Positions 39,557 through 50,065 of a stretch of DNA of 64,000 bases are shown here, one piece after another. The stretch is from an uncultured Cytophagales bacterium. Lineage in GTDB: Bacteria > Bacteroidota > Bacteroidia > Cytophagales > Bernardetiaceae. The position numbers and the translations under genes are program-made. The notes beneath the pieces were generated by a model that was not told the DNA's origin, did no database searches, and saw only the letters and a list, made by a program, of their open reading frames with translations. The stretch covers positions 445,534 through 509,533 of the forward strand of contig CAVXHP010000006.1 of NCBI GenBank assembly GCA_963761725.1, read 5' to 3'. The stretch's first letter is position 1; each line of letters opens with the position of its first letter.

Positions 39557-40630
39557 ATGACTACGAACATGATACAAAAAATACGTACAACTCGTACAAT
39601 TTGGGCTGTCCTTTTAGGTGTAACTGCCGCACTTTTTCTTCAAAGCTGTGGTGGTGGAGGTAATTTAGCCAAGCTACAAGAAAGTGGAGAGCTTACAGGA
39701 GCCTTAGGACGTGAAGGCTGGAGACAAGAAATTCCTTATGGAATGATTGTAGTTCCTGCTGGTACGTTTCATATGGGACAAGCTGATCAAGACATCTTAT
39801 CTTCAAAAATAAATATGAACCGTCAGATTACGATTGGTGGTTTTTATATGGATCAAACAGAGATTACAAATAACGAGTATCGCCAGTTTATTGATGAAAT
39901 GACTGAAAACCCAGACTCTGTAGATGGAGAAATTTTATCAGAAGAAGAAATTAAGGAACGTTTCTATCCTGATACTACAGTTTGGATGACAAACTTTACG
40001 CATCATTATGGAGACCCAATGACAGAAAATTATTATGCTCACCCTGCTTATGATGATTATCCAGTAGTAGGTGTTAGTTGGTTTGCTTCTAAAGCATTTT
40101 GTGGATGGAGAACTAAATTTATGAATGAAGCTAGAGAATCTGCTGGTAAGTTTCCAGTTCCGATGTTCCGTTTGCCTTCAGAGGCAGAATGGGAATACGC
40201 TTCTCGTGGTGGTCGTGATGTAGCAAAATACCCTTGGGGTGGTCCTTATACAAGAAATGCTAAAGGTTGTGCACTTGCCAACTTCAAGCCAGGTCGTGGT
40301 AATTATTACGACGATGGTTTCCAATATACAAACCCAGTAGGTGCCTATTTTCCTAATGATTTTGGTCTTTATGATATGGCTGGAAATGTTTCAGAATGGT
40401 GTAATGATGCGTATGCTCCTAATGCAATGCCACTTATTTGGGATTTGAATCCTACATTTATTGATGATAGTGAGCCTCGCAAATTAGTTCGTGGTGGTTC
40501 TTGGAAAGACATTGCTTTCTTCATCGAAACAGGTACACGTAACTATCAATATCAAGATTCTGTAACAGCTTATACAGGTTTCCGCTGTGTAATGACTTAT
40601 TTAGGTCGTTCTTCTGGAATGGAATTTTAA
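39557..40630 (+). CDS. gldK: gliding motility / T9SS lipoprotein GldK (PorK; FGE-sulfatase fold)
   Basis: Lipobox LQSCGG, then MIVVPAGTFHMGQ, YMDQTEITNNEYRQF, GVSWFASKAFCGWRT and RGGSWKD motifs. Confidence 0.9.
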   Translation: MTTNMIQKIRTTRTIWAVLLGVTAALFLQSCGGGGNLAKLQESGELTGALGREGWRQEIPYGMIVVPAGTFHMGQADQDILSSKINMNRQITIGGFYMDQTEITNNEYRQFIDEMTENPDSVDGEILSEEEIKERFYPDTTVWMTNFTHHYGDPMTENYYAHPAYDDYPVVGVSWFASKAFCGWRTKFMNEARESAGKFPVPMFRLPSEAEWEYASRGGRDVAKYPWGGPYTRNAKGCALANFKPGRGNYYDDGFQYTNPVGAYFPNDFGLYDMAGNVSEWCNDAYAPNAMPLIWDLNPTFIDDSEPRKLVRGGSWKDIAFFIETGTRNYQYQDSVTAYTGFRCVMTYLGRSSGMEF

Positions 40631-40700
40631 AAAACAGCTTGTTTGAAAATTACAAAAAACTCATTTTTTACTAAGTCGCTATATTGTGGTTTATTTAAAA
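40631..40700 (+). terminator. hairpin after gldK (AAAAACTCATTTTTT ... AAAAGATGAGTTTTT)
   Basis: 9-bp stem AAAACTCAT / ATGAGTTTT with a ~30-nt loop and a T-run. Confidence 0.4.
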
Positions 40701-41607
40701 GATGAGTTTTTGCTGTAAAAGAAATATATAGTTTACCGAGAATAACTACCTATTTAATTGTCTAAATAGGTGCATTTGACGAAATAGTATTTTTGTTACC
40801 TTAAATAAGACAAATTAGCTATGATATTTGTGATTAAGGATAGTATCTTTTAAAAGTAAAAGACGTATAAAATTTAATTGTGGTTAGTGTAATACAAAAT
40901 TCTTTAGAAAGGTGTTTTTTACTACTTATAGTATGCTGAAATATAAACACTATGTTACTATTAAATAACTTAGTAGCTTTGTTGATGCAACTGTAAAATT
41001 ATTTTATGATTTATCTTTTTTTATTGACTAAGTAGTTTGCAATTACATTACTAATTGTTCTTTGGTAAAATATGTTTGTTTCCATTAATTGAAATTATAT
41101 TTTTTCTATAGAAAATAGATCAGTTCTAACAAAGTATAAACTGCCTTCTTAATTTAGTATCAAACTATTTATTTAGCAGTTTATATCATAAATTTGGAAT
41201 ACTATCTAGCATAGAATGTTGAATATTTGTTGATTTACTGATTAATCATACTAAAACTATTCAATTTATAGGATTTTTTTTTAAAAACTTTGGAACATTG
41301 CAAATAAATCACTTATTTAGACTATTCAAACTATTAAATAATTATTTTTTTATAGAATTATCTTGATAAATCTCTGATTAAATACTTATCTATCAACAAT
41401 TTGATTTACTAATGAGGTATTTATATAAAGTAAAATTATAATTTGCTTGTTTTGTATTTCTATAAAAATAGAAATTCAAAATTAATTACAATAAATTATA
41501 ATTAAAGAAAACTTTTTTTATGTAAATCTATTTATGTATCTTTAATCCATTGAAATTTTAACTTCTTTTTAATAAATCAACTCTCAACTCTAACAATCAT
41601 TAGAATT

Positions 41608-42420
41608 ATGGCTAATCAAGAAACCACAACTCAACGTATTTATCGTACCATAGTACCTAAACTTACTAGTGTAGGTGCTTCCGTAGTAATTGTAGGAGCA
41701 TTATTTAAAATTATGCACTGGCCTTTTGCGGGAATTCTCTTAACTGTAGGACTTCTTACAGAAGCTTTCATTTTCCTTATGGGTGCTTTCGAACCTGCTC
41801 CACCTGCTGATCCTCACTATGAGTGGGAACGTGTTTATCCAGGTTTGGTAGATGCAAATGTGAAAGCCGTTGTAGCTAAAAAGGATGATCCTAATAAAGA
41901 CGTTGCTCTTATGGCTGGTCTTGACAAAATGTTGGGAGAGGCTAATCTTTCTGCTGATTCATTTAAGCGTTTCGGACAAGGCATTCAATCTCTAAATGAT
42001 ACAGCTACTCGCATGAAAAGTATCACAGAGGCAGTAAATTCTACGAATGATTATTCTAATAACTTGAAGGAAGCATCTAAATCGCTTACAAGTCTTAACT
42101 CTGCTTATTCTTCTACCGTATCTGCAATGGGCGAGATGTCTAATGCTGCTAAAGATGCTAAAGAATATCATACTCAAGTAAAAGCAATCACTAAGAACCT
42201 TGCTGGTTTGAATGCTGTATATGAAATGGAATTGAAAGATGCTAACAGTCACTTGAAAGCAATGAATAAATTCTATAGTAATCTTACTCAAGCTATGGAA
42301 AGTATGGCAGATGCAAGTAAAGAATCTTTAGTATTCAAAGAACAAATGTCTAAATTGACAACAAATATTACTACTCTTAATAAAGTATATGGTAATATGC
42401 TTACTGCAATGAAAGGTTAA
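41608..42420 (+). CDS. gldL: gliding motility / T9SS protein GldL (PorL)
   Basis: Two N-terminal TM helices (VGASVVIVGALFKIMHWPFAGILLTVGLLTEAFIFLMGAFEP) followed by a coiled-coil cytoplasmic domain. Confidence 0.9.
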   Translation: MANQETTTQRIYRTIVPKLTSVGASVVIVGALFKIMHWPFAGILLTVGLLTEAFIFLMGAFEPAPPADPHYEWERVYPGLVDANVKAVVAKKDDPNKDVALMAGLDKMLGEANLSADSFKRFGQGIQSLNDTATRMKSITEAVNSTNDYSNNLKEASKSLTSLNSAYSSTVSAMGEMSNAAKDAKEYHTQVKAITKNLAGLNAVYEMELKDANSHLKAMNKFYSNLTQAMESMADASKESLVFKEQMSKLTTNITTLNKVYGNMLTAMKG

Positions 42421-42500
42421 TTTTTAGTTCACTGAAACTGAAATTAGAATTCATTCTATAAAATTTTAAATATATTATTAACCAAAAACCATAAAAAACT

Positions 42501-44111
42501 ATGGCAGGTGGAGGAAAAGAGACCCCAAGGCAACGGATGATAGGCATGATGTACTTAGTACTTACTGCTCTCCTTGCCCTACAGGTTCAAAACGAAGTAC
42601 TAGAAAAGTTCTATTTTATAGATGCTAGTCTTCAAGATGCAAAAGAAGTTGGTCTTAGTACCAATGGTAAAATCATCACGTCGATGAGTGAGCAAATCAA
42701 GGATTCTGGTAGTAATCCAAGAGATTTGGCTATCTTAAAGAAAACTCAAGACATAAAAGATGAGTCAGTTAAGATGATAGAGCGTATTCAAGACATACGT
42801 AATAATATCGTTGAAGCAATGGGAGCAATGGATCCTGAAACAGGTGCTTATCCACAAGGTGATAAATACGATGACGTAAATCGTTTGATGCTTGGAACTG
42901 GAGAAAGTCAAAATGGATTTGCATTTACGTTACAAGACGAGCTTAATGCTTATGTAGCCAAAATTGCTGCTATTGACGATACACTAGGTCCAATCCTGAA
43001 AGGAGCTAACTTAATGCCTTTAGCAAAAGAGAAAGCTGACGAACCTCGTTATCAAGCTCCTAAGTATCAAGGAATGGAATGGGAACATATTAATTTCCAG
43101 AATACGCCAATGGTAGCCGCTCTTGCTGTACTTTCTCAACTACAAAACGATGTAGTAAAAGTAGAAACTAAAGCTGTTGATGCTATGCGTGGTCGTATTG
43201 GAGAATTCCAAATCAAATTTGATAAAGTATCAGCTATGGCTTCTGCTGAATCAAATACAGTTGCGGCAGGGACAAAGTACAAAGCCAAAATGTTTATTAG
43301 CGCTACTTCTACTACATTAGCTCCGAAAATGTCGGCTAGTGGTGCAGGTGCAGTACGTGTAGATGGAGACGGTGTTGGTACAGTAGAATTTACTGCTTCA
43401 GGTGGTACTACAGAAGGTGCTAAGAAAACTTGGCAAGGATCTATCACTATCAGAAATGCTGCTGGTGAAGATACTACTCTTACTGTGAAGCAAGAATATA
43501 CAGTTGTTTCTCCAGTAATTGAAATCGAATCGGGTACTATCAATTCACTTTACTTAAAGTGTGGTAATGATTTGAAGGTAAAAGTTCCTGCTCTAGGAGT
43601 GGAATATAATCCTTCATTTGGCGTAACTGGTGGAGATTATCAAGCTGGTAAAGGTGGAAAGGGAAGTATTATTATTATTCCTAATAGTAAAAGTGTTACT
43701 CTTAGTGTTTCTAGTGGTGGTAACAGCATTGGAACAAAGCAGTTTAGTGTTAAACTTATTCCTACTCCTACTGTTAAAGCGAGGGGATTAAATTTGAAAC
43801 AAGGTGGTGCATGTCCTCGTTCTATAACAGTAGATGCGATACCTGATGCTAGTTTTAAAGATCAACTTCCAAATGATGCTCGCTACAGAGTCACAGGTTT
43901 TACAGTTACTTTAGCTCGTGGTCGTCGTGTAGTTGGAAGCCCTGTGAGTTCAAATAGTCCAACAGCTGATATCAGCTCTTTAGGACAGCAAGCTAAAGAA
44001 GGTGATCGTTTAGTTATTGAAGTGAAACAGGTTCAACGTATGAACTTTAAAGGTGCAGTAGAAAATGTTTCTATGCCTACTGAATATATAAATTATTCTA
44101 TTTCTCAGTAG
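42501..44111 (+). CDS. gldM: gliding motility / T9SS protein GldM (PorM)
   Basis: N-terminal RQRMIGMMYLVLTALLALQV TM helix and a long periplasmic region with the GldM C-terminal domains. Confidence 0.9.
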   Translation: MAGGGKETPRQRMIGMMYLVLTALLALQVQNEVLEKFYFIDASLQDAKEVGLSTNGKIITSMSEQIKDSGSNPRDLAILKKTQDIKDESVKMIERIQDIRNNIVEAMGAMDPETGAYPQGDKYDDVNRLMLGTGESQNGFAFTLQDELNAYVAKIAAIDDTLGPILKGANLMPLAKEKADEPRYQAPKYQGMEWEHINFQNTPMVAALAVLSQLQNDVVKVETKAVDAMRGRIGEFQIKFDKVSAMASAESNTVAAGTKYKAKMFISATSTTLAPKMSASGAGAVRVDGDGVGTVEFTASGGTTEGAKKTWQGSITIRNAAGEDTTLTVKQEYTVVSPVIEIESGTINSLYLKCGNDLKVKVPALGVEYNPSFGVTGGDYQAGKGGKGSIIIIPNSKSVTLSVSSGGNSIGTKQFSVKLIPTPTVKARGLNLKQGGACPRSITVDAIPDASFKDQLPNDARYRVTGFTVTLARGRRVVGSPVSSNSPTADISSLGQQAKEGDRLVIEVKQVQRMNFKGAVENVSMPTEYINYSISQ

Positions 44112-44134
44112 TCATAATCTCATTTGTAAAGAGA

Positions 44135-44170
44135 AAAACAGAACATCAAAAGTGTTCTGTTTTTTTTGTA
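44135..44170 (+). terminator. rho-independent terminator after gldM
   Basis: ACAGAACAtcaaaaGTGTTCTGT followed by T8. It ends the operon without a gldN. Confidence 0.65.
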
Positions 44171-44246
44171 CTTGTTTATTTCTTAAATTATTTTTGATTA
44201 AATTGTATATTATATTTTTCTTGACTAATATCTAAAACATCTTATA

Positions 44247-45632
44247 ATGATTCGTTCTACTTTACTCATTAGTTTATTGATTTACTCTTTTAGTAATTCA
44301 TTTCATTTATTCGCTCAAACAACTACCACTATGCAAACTCAAACATTGGAAAATGTAGAAAAACAAATAAATCCTCAAATTAATACTGAACTAGAAAAAA
44401 ATACACCTTCATTTATTGAACTTTATACGTATTTGCATCAAAATCCAGAATTATCAGAACAAGAAGAAGAAACTTCTCAAAAAATGGCTTCTGAACTCAA
44501 GAACTTAGGTTATGAAGTAACTGAAAAATTTGGAGATTATGGTGTTGTGGCTGTTATGAAAAACCCTCCTACAAATGGAAAAGGAAAAACAATTCTTATT
44601 CGTGCCGATATGGATGCCTTACCAGTAGAAGAGAAAACAGATTTATCTTATGCTAGTACAATGAAACGAACAGACAAAGATGGAAATGAAGTTTCGGTAA
44701 TGCACGCTTGTGGACACGATGTACACATGACGGTTTTGGTAGGAGTAGCTCAAACAATGGCAAACCTAAAAGAGAGTTGGAAAGGAACATTAATCTTGAT
44801 AGCACAACCAGCAGAAGAAGTTGGAAGTGGAGCAAAAGCAATGGTAGAGGCAAATCTTTATAAAGAATTTGGAACGCCAGATTATGCGCTTGCTCTTCAT
44901 ACTAATGCAAATTTGCCACACGGAACTATCGGCTATTGTAAAGGAGCAGCACTTGCCAATGTAGATATGGTAAATATTACTGTTTTTGGAGAAGGTGGAC
45001 ATGGTGCATATCCACATACTACAAAAGACCCAATCGTTTTGGCTTCTCAAATGATACTCGGTTTTCAGACGATTGTAAGTAGAGAAACTTCGCCTACTGA
45101 TGCAGCCGTTGTAACTGTTGGTTCTTTCCACTCTGGGACAAAGCATAATATTATTTCAGACCGTGCAGAACTTCAACTTACACTTCGTTCTTATACAGAT
45201 AAAGTTAGAAATAATACTTTAAAATCTATTGAAAGAATGGCAAAAGGATATGCCATGGCAGCAGGCGTAGAAAAAATGCCTCTTATAGAAATTGATGGAA
45301 ACCCAAGTCCAGCCACAATTAATAACCCAGAGCTTACAGAAAAGATAGCTAATTCTGCCAGAAAAATTCTAGGAAATGAAAATGTAATTGAAGTAGAACC
45401 TGTAATGGGAGGAGAAGATTTTAGTCGTTTTGGTCGTACTGCCGAAAATGTACCAATTAGTATGTTTTGGTTAGGAGTAGTAGAACCAGAAAAAATAGAA
45501 GAAAGTAAAAAAACAGGAAAGCCATTGCCTTCTTTGCATTCTCCTTTTTATGCACCAGTTCCAAAGCCTTCTATTCAAACAGGAGTGAAAGTAATGGTAC
45601 AATCTGCTTTGGATTTATTTGGAGAAGAATAA
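44247..45632 (+). CDS. M20-family amidohydrolase (hippurate hydrolase / N-acyl-amino-acid amidohydrolase-like), secreted
   Basis: Signal peptide, MHACGHDVH metal-binding motif, GGEDF and the overall M20D architecture. Confidence 0.8.
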   Translation: MIRSTLLISLLIYSFSNSFHLFAQTTTTMQTQTLENVEKQINPQINTELEKNTPSFIELYTYLHQNPELSEQEEETSQKMASELKNLGYEVTEKFGDYGVVAVMKNPPTNGKGKTILIRADMDALPVEEKTDLSYASTMKRTDKDGNEVSVMHACGHDVHMTVLVGVAQTMANLKESWKGTLILIAQPAEEVGSGAKAMVEANLYKEFGTPDYALALHTNANLPHGTIGYCKGAALANVDMVNITVFGEGGHGAYPHTTKDPIVLASQMILGFQTIVSRETSPTDAAVVTVGSFHSGTKHNIISDRAELQLTLRSYTDKVRNNTLKSIERMAKGYAMAAGVEKMPLIEIDGNPSPATINNPELTEKIANSARKILGNENVIEVEPVMGGEDFSRFGRTAENVPISMFWLGVVEPEKIEESKKTGKPLPSLHSPFYAPVPKPSIQTGVKVMVQSALDLFGEE

Positions 45633-45666
45633 AAGCTACTTATTTTTAAAAAAATATTTTCCACTA

Positions 45667-45700
45667 AACACTATCTTACTGGTAGTGTTTATTTTTTTGC
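45667..45700 (+). terminator. rho-independent terminator after the M20 peptidase gene
   Basis: AAACACTA-loop-TAGTGTTT then T7. Confidence 0.6.
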
Positions 45701-45734
45701 TCTATTCTTTCATTCATAACTTTCTATTAATTTT

Positions 45735-46451
45735 ATGCTCCTTCAAAATTTGGCTAGACTTCCAGTTAATGATTCAGGTCCTATTTATCAAGAAACTGTC
45801 TTGGGTCGTCTTCCTGTTGAGCCTTTCAATACGGCTAGTAATTTACTGTTCTTATTTATAATTATTTATTGGTCTATCAAAATTTATCATGACCTAAGTA
45901 AATATCGTTTTCTTATCTATGTTTTGGCTACTCTATTTATTGGTTACGTTGGTGGCACTATTTATCACGCTACACGTAGTCATGAAATATGGCTTCTGAT
46001 GGACTGGGTGCCAATTTTTATTTTGAGTGTAAGTGCAGTTATTTATTTTTTTAGAAAATTGGGTGTTCATTGGTTTATTATGCTCGTGCTGGTTTTGTTT
46101 CCGTTTGCATTAATGTTTGCTTTGGAGAATATTCCTTCTCTTCCTCGTTCGATGAAAAACTTGATTGAATATACCTCTCTAGCTCTCGTTATTCTCATTC
46201 CTATTTTTTCTTATCTAAGAAAAACAAATTGGCTTTTTATGAATAGAATTTTAGTAGGTTTAGCACTTTTTTGTATAGCTATTTTTTTTCGCACACTAGA
46301 TAACACAGCAATTTCGAATGAATATTTCTCTATGGGAACACATTTTTTGTGGCATACTTTCGGTGCTTTGGCTGTTCATTTTGTAATTAGTTATTTGTAT
46401 TTAGTAAAGAAAATAGATGGTAATTCTGATGAAATAAAAGAGATTCTATAA
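45735..46451 (+). CDS. hypothetical 7-TM membrane protein, possibly CREST/ceramidase-like hydrolase
   Basis: 238 aa with ~7 hydrophobic segments and His-containing motifs (YHATRSHE, HFLWHTF) reminiscent of alkaline-ceramidase/PAQR-type 7TM hydrolases. The call is weak. Confidence 0.35.
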   Translation: MLLQNLARLPVNDSGPIYQETVLGRLPVEPFNTASNLLFLFIIIYWSIKIYHDLSKYRFLIYVLATLFIGYVGGTIYHATRSHEIWLLMDWVPIFILSVSAVIYFFRKLGVHWFIMLVLVLFPFALMFALENIPSLPRSMKNLIEYTSLALVILIPIFSYLRKTNWLFMNRILVGLALFCIAIFFRTLDNTAISNEYFSMGTHFLWHTFGALAVHFVISYLYLVKKIDGNSDEIKEIL

Positions 46452-46505
46452 TTTTATTTGTAAATTTAGAATAGGTTCATTTACGTTCATCTAAAAAAAA
46501 CAAGT

Positions 46506-47375
46506 ATGTCAACAAAAGAAAAATACTTAAATCCGTTTACTGATTTCGGTTTCAAAAAATTATTTGGTTCGGAAGTAAACAAAGATGTTTTAATTAATTT
46601 TTTGAACTCCATTTTACCACAAGAAGTAGAAATTACTCATCTTACTTACCTAAAAACAGAGCATATCGGACATTCTGAAATAGATAGGAAAGTAGTTTAT
46701 GATGTTTATTGTGAAAACAAAAAAGGAGAAAAATTTATTGTAGAATTGCAAAAAGCAAGACAGAAGTATTTCAAAGAACGAACTATTTTTTATTCTACTT
46801 TTCCAATTCAAGAACAAGCTATAACTGGAGATTGGAATTTTGAATTAAAAGCAGTTTATACTGTTTCTATTTTAGATTTTTTGATCGATGATAATTCTTA
46901 CGCAGCTAAAAAGAAAAAGATAGATGAAAATACCTCTGTCAAAACTACAGCTATGTTGATGGATATCGAAACGAAGGAAATATTTTATGATAAACTTACT
47001 TATGTGCAAATCCATATTCCACTTTTCGTAAAACAAGAACACGAACTAGAAACAATGGAAGATAAATGGTTTTATGTAATACGAAATCTACAACGCTTCC
47101 AAAATCGTCCTGCTGCTCTTCAAGAACGAATTTTTGATAAAGTTTTCAAAACTGCCGAACTTGCAAAGTTCAATAAAAAAGAAAGAATGGCGTATGAAGA
47201 CAGTTTAAAAAAATATAGAGATATTAAAAATATAGTTGATACCGCAAAAGAGGAACGAAGTATAAAGATTGCTAGAAACTTTCTCAAAGATGGTTTATCC
47301 ATAGAAATTATTGCAAAAAACACAGAACTTTCTATTGAAGAAGTCCAAGAAATAGCTAATTCATTAAAAGAATAA
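46506..47375 (+). CDS. Rpn-family recombination-promoting nuclease / putative transposase (YhgA-like PD-(D/E)xK)
   Basis: N-terminal NPFTDFGFKKLFG, PD-(D/E)xK core (DVYCE..KGEKFIVELQKA) and the typical C-terminal repeat domain ending SIEEVQEIANSLKE. Confidence 0.75.
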   Translation: MSTKEKYLNPFTDFGFKKLFGSEVNKDVLINFLNSILPQEVEITHLTYLKTEHIGHSEIDRKVVYDVYCENKKGEKFIVELQKARQKYFKERTIFYSTFPIQEQAITGDWNFELKAVYTVSILDFLIDDNSYAAKKKKIDENTSVKTTAMLMDIETKEIFYDKLTYVQIHIPLFVKQEHELETMEDKWFYVIRNLQRFQNRPAALQERIFDKVFKTAELAKFNKKERMAYEDSLKKYRDIKNIVDTAKEERSIKIARNFLKDGLSIEIIAKNTELSIEEVQEIANSLKE

Positions 47376-47377
47376 AA

Positions 47378-47640
47378 ATGAAAAATAATAATTCTAGTTT
47401 TACCTTCTTGACTGATACAGAAATAGCTCTTCTATCTAAAAATGAACTCAATTTATATAATCAAAAAGTCAAAAATGCTAGAGATGTTAAAAATGTAATT
47501 GATACAGCAAAAGAAGAAAGAAGTATAAAGATTGCCAAAAAACTAATCTTATAAGATTTCGATTTAGAAGAGATTGCTGATATTACAGAATTACCAATTG
47601 AAGAAGTTCAAGAAATAGCTAATTCATTGAAAGATAATTA
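47378..47640 (+). pseudogene. duplicated, frameshifted fragment of the Rpn-family C-terminal domain
   Basis: ...DVKNVIDTAKEERSIKIAKKLIL then, in another frame, DFDLEEIADITELPIEEVQEIANSLKDN. Near-copy of the tail of 46506..47375. Confidence 0.45.
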
Positions 47641-47644
47641 ATAA

Positions 47645-47685
47645 AAAAACTGTTTCAAATACTAGTATTCGAAACAGTTTTGAGG
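47645..47685. terminator. bidirectional terminator hairpin shared by the Rpn fragment (+) and the prolyl oligopeptidase (-)
   Basis: AAAAACTGTTTC-loop-GAAACAGTTTT. Confidence 0.6.
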
Positions 47686-47715
47686 ATTAACCAAAAATTA
47701 AAATCTACTTTTAAC

Positions 47716-49872
47716 CTACTTTTTGGGAAGCTCTTTAAATCCCATATTATAAAGTATAAAAGCAAAAACATCAGCATTTTCTTCTATTGTTTTGCTGGTC
47801 GGTTTTCCTGCTCCATGACCTGCATCGGTTTCGATACGAATCATCACAGGATGGTCGCCTTTGTATTTGTCTTGCAGTTCGGCTGCAAATTTAAATGAGT
47901 GAGAAGGGACAACTCTATCATCGTGGTCGCCAGTAATAACAAGCGTTGCAGGATAATTTACATCTGCTTTTACATTATTGACAGGAGAATAATTTTTGAT
48001 ATACTCAAACATTTCTTTACTCTCTTCTGAAGTTCCGTAATCATATGCCCAACCCGCACCAGCCGTAAAAGTATGATAACGAAGCATATCCAAAACACCA
48101 ACGGCAGGAATAGCCACTTTCATGAGTTCTGGACGTTGAGTCATTACTGCACCTACCAAAAGTCCACCATTCGAACCTCCTTTTATTGCCAAGTACTCAC
48201 TAGAAGTATAATTTTCTTTAATCAAAAACTCGGCAGCAGCAATAAAATCATCAAAAACATTTTGTTTTTTCATTTTGATACCTGCATCGTGCCATTCCTT
48301 TCCATATTCTCCTCCACCTCTAAGATTTGCAACAGCATAAACGCCTCCTTGCTCCAACCAAACCGAATTAATTACGCTAAAACTAGGAGTAAGACTAATA
48401 TTAAACCCACCATAACCATATAAAATAGTAGGATTTTTTCCGTTTAATTCTGTACCTTTTTTATAAGTGATAATCATCGGAATTTTAGTTCCATCTTTTG
48501 AGTTATAGAAAACTTGTTTGGATTCGTAATCTTCTGAATTAAAATCAATAGCAGGTTTCCAGTATGATTCGTATTCCCCAGTTTCGGCATCAAATTTATA
48601 AATGCTGCTTGGTGTATTGTAATTAGTAAACGAAAAATACATTTCACTTTCTTCTTTTTTTCCACCAAAACCACCAACGCTACCAACACCTGGTAATTCT
48701 ACTTCTCTAATTTCTTTACCATTCATATCATACTGAACGATTTTTGAAATTGCATCAACCATATATTCGGCAAATAAATATCCACCACCAGAAGAAGCAC
48801 TCAAAACATTTTTAGTGTGAGGAATTACGTCTTTCCAATTTTTGGGAGTTGGATTTGAGGCATCTGTCATTACTACTCTTTGATTTGGTGCATCTAAGTT
48901 TGTAACTAGATAAAGCTTCAAACCTTCATTTGTCAGGACATTTGTATCACTATCTTCATTATCAACAACAGTTACTAAAGGAGAATTACTTTTTGATAAA
49001 TCCATCATAAATAATTTATTTCCAGAAGTAGAATTACTAGCCGAAATCATCAAGTATTTTTCATCTTCTGTCAAATACCCACTTACGTATCTGTGTTTTT
49101 GTTCTGCAGTTGCACCATAGATTACTTTATCTTCACTTTGAGGAGTTCCAATTTTATGGAAATACAATTTGTGTTGGTCTGTTTTGGCTGAAAGCTCGCT
49201 TCCTTCTGGTTTGTCATAGCTAGAATAATAAAAACCGTCATTTCCTTTCCAACTTACACCACTAAATTTTACATTTCGTAATGTGTCTTCAATAGCATTT
49301 TTACTTTCTGTATCAATTACGATTACTTTTCTCCAATCACTTCCACCTTCTGAAATTTGGTAAGCTGCACGAGAACCATCTTTTGAAAAATTAAGTCCTG
49401 CCATTGAAACTGTTCCATCTTTTGAAAATGTATTTGGATTAATAAAAACCTCTTCTTTATCTTCATTTTCTTTTTTTCTATAAACAACATATTGATTTTG
49501 CAAACCGTCATTTTTATAGAAATAGGTATAATTTCCTTCTTTAAAAGGACTAGATATTTTTTCGTAATTCCAAACTTTTTCTAATTGAGTTTTAAGCTGT
49601 TCACGATAAGGAATCGTTTTGAGATAATCAAAAGTAACTTTATTTTGTGCTTTTACCCACCTTTCAGTTTCTGCACTTCGGTCATCTTCTAGCCAACGAT
49701 AAGGGTCTGAAACTTTCGTTCCAAAATAATCATCTTCAACTGTTCCTTTTTTTGTTTCAGGATACTCAACGACAGTATTTGTCATTTCTTCTTCTGCTGT
49801 TGCTTTTTTGTCTGTTCCACAAGCTGAAAGCAAAGTTGCAGCAATGGACAATGGTAAAATCAGTTTTTTCAT
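47716..49872 (-). CDS. prolyl oligopeptidase (S9A family), secreted lipoprotein-type
   Basis: N-terminal beta-propeller domain and C-terminal alpha/beta hydrolase with GGSNGGLL (GxSxGG nucleophile) and catalytic D/H regions. Lipobox LSAC. Confidence 0.85.
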   Translation of the reverse strand: MKKLILPLSIAATLLSACGTDKKATAEEEMTNTVVEYPETKKGTVEDDYFGTKVSDPYRWLEDDRSAETERWVKAQNKVTFDYLKTIPYREQLKTQLEKVWNYEKISSPFKEGNYTYFYKNDGLQNQYVVYRKKENEDKEEVFINPNTFSKDGTVSMAGLNFSKDGSRAAYQISEGGSDWRKVIVIDTESKNAIEDTLRNVKFSGVSWKGNDGFYYSSYDKPEGSELSAKTDQHKLYFHKIGTPQSEDKVIYGATAEQKHRYVSGYLTEDEKYLMISASNSTSGNKLFMMDLSKSNSPLVTVVDNEDSDTNVLTNEGLKLYLVTNLDAPNQRVVMTDASNPTPKNWKDVIPHTKNVLSASSGGGYLFAEYMVDAISKIVQYDMNGKEIREVELPGVGSVGGFGGKKEESEMYFSFTNYNTPSSIYKFDAETGEYESYWKPAIDFNSEDYESKQVFYNSKDGTKIPMIITYKKGTELNGKNPTILYGYGGFNISLTPSFSVINSVWLEQGGVYAVANLRGGGEYGKEWHDAGIKMKKQNVFDDFIAAAEFLIKENYTSSEYLAIKGGSNGGLLVGAVMTQRPELMKVAIPAVGVLDMLRYHTFTAGAGWAYDYGTSEESKEMFEYIKNYSPVNNVKADVNYPATLVITGDHDDRVVPSHSFKFAAELQDKYKGDHPVMIRIETDAGHGAGKPTSKTIEENADVFAFILYNMGFKELPKK

Positions 49873-50065
49873 TGGTAGTGTGTGTTGATGTAAAAGGAAA
49901 TATTTTTAGAGCTATAGAATTAGTATAATGAACTAGAAAATTCTTACAGTTTTGTTTTTGTAAAATTAGTTAATTAAAAATGTACTTTTCAAACTCTAAG
50001 GGTCTTACAGTTACCTAGGGTTTAGATACAAAAGACACTTTAATACTGCTTTATTTTCATTACTT

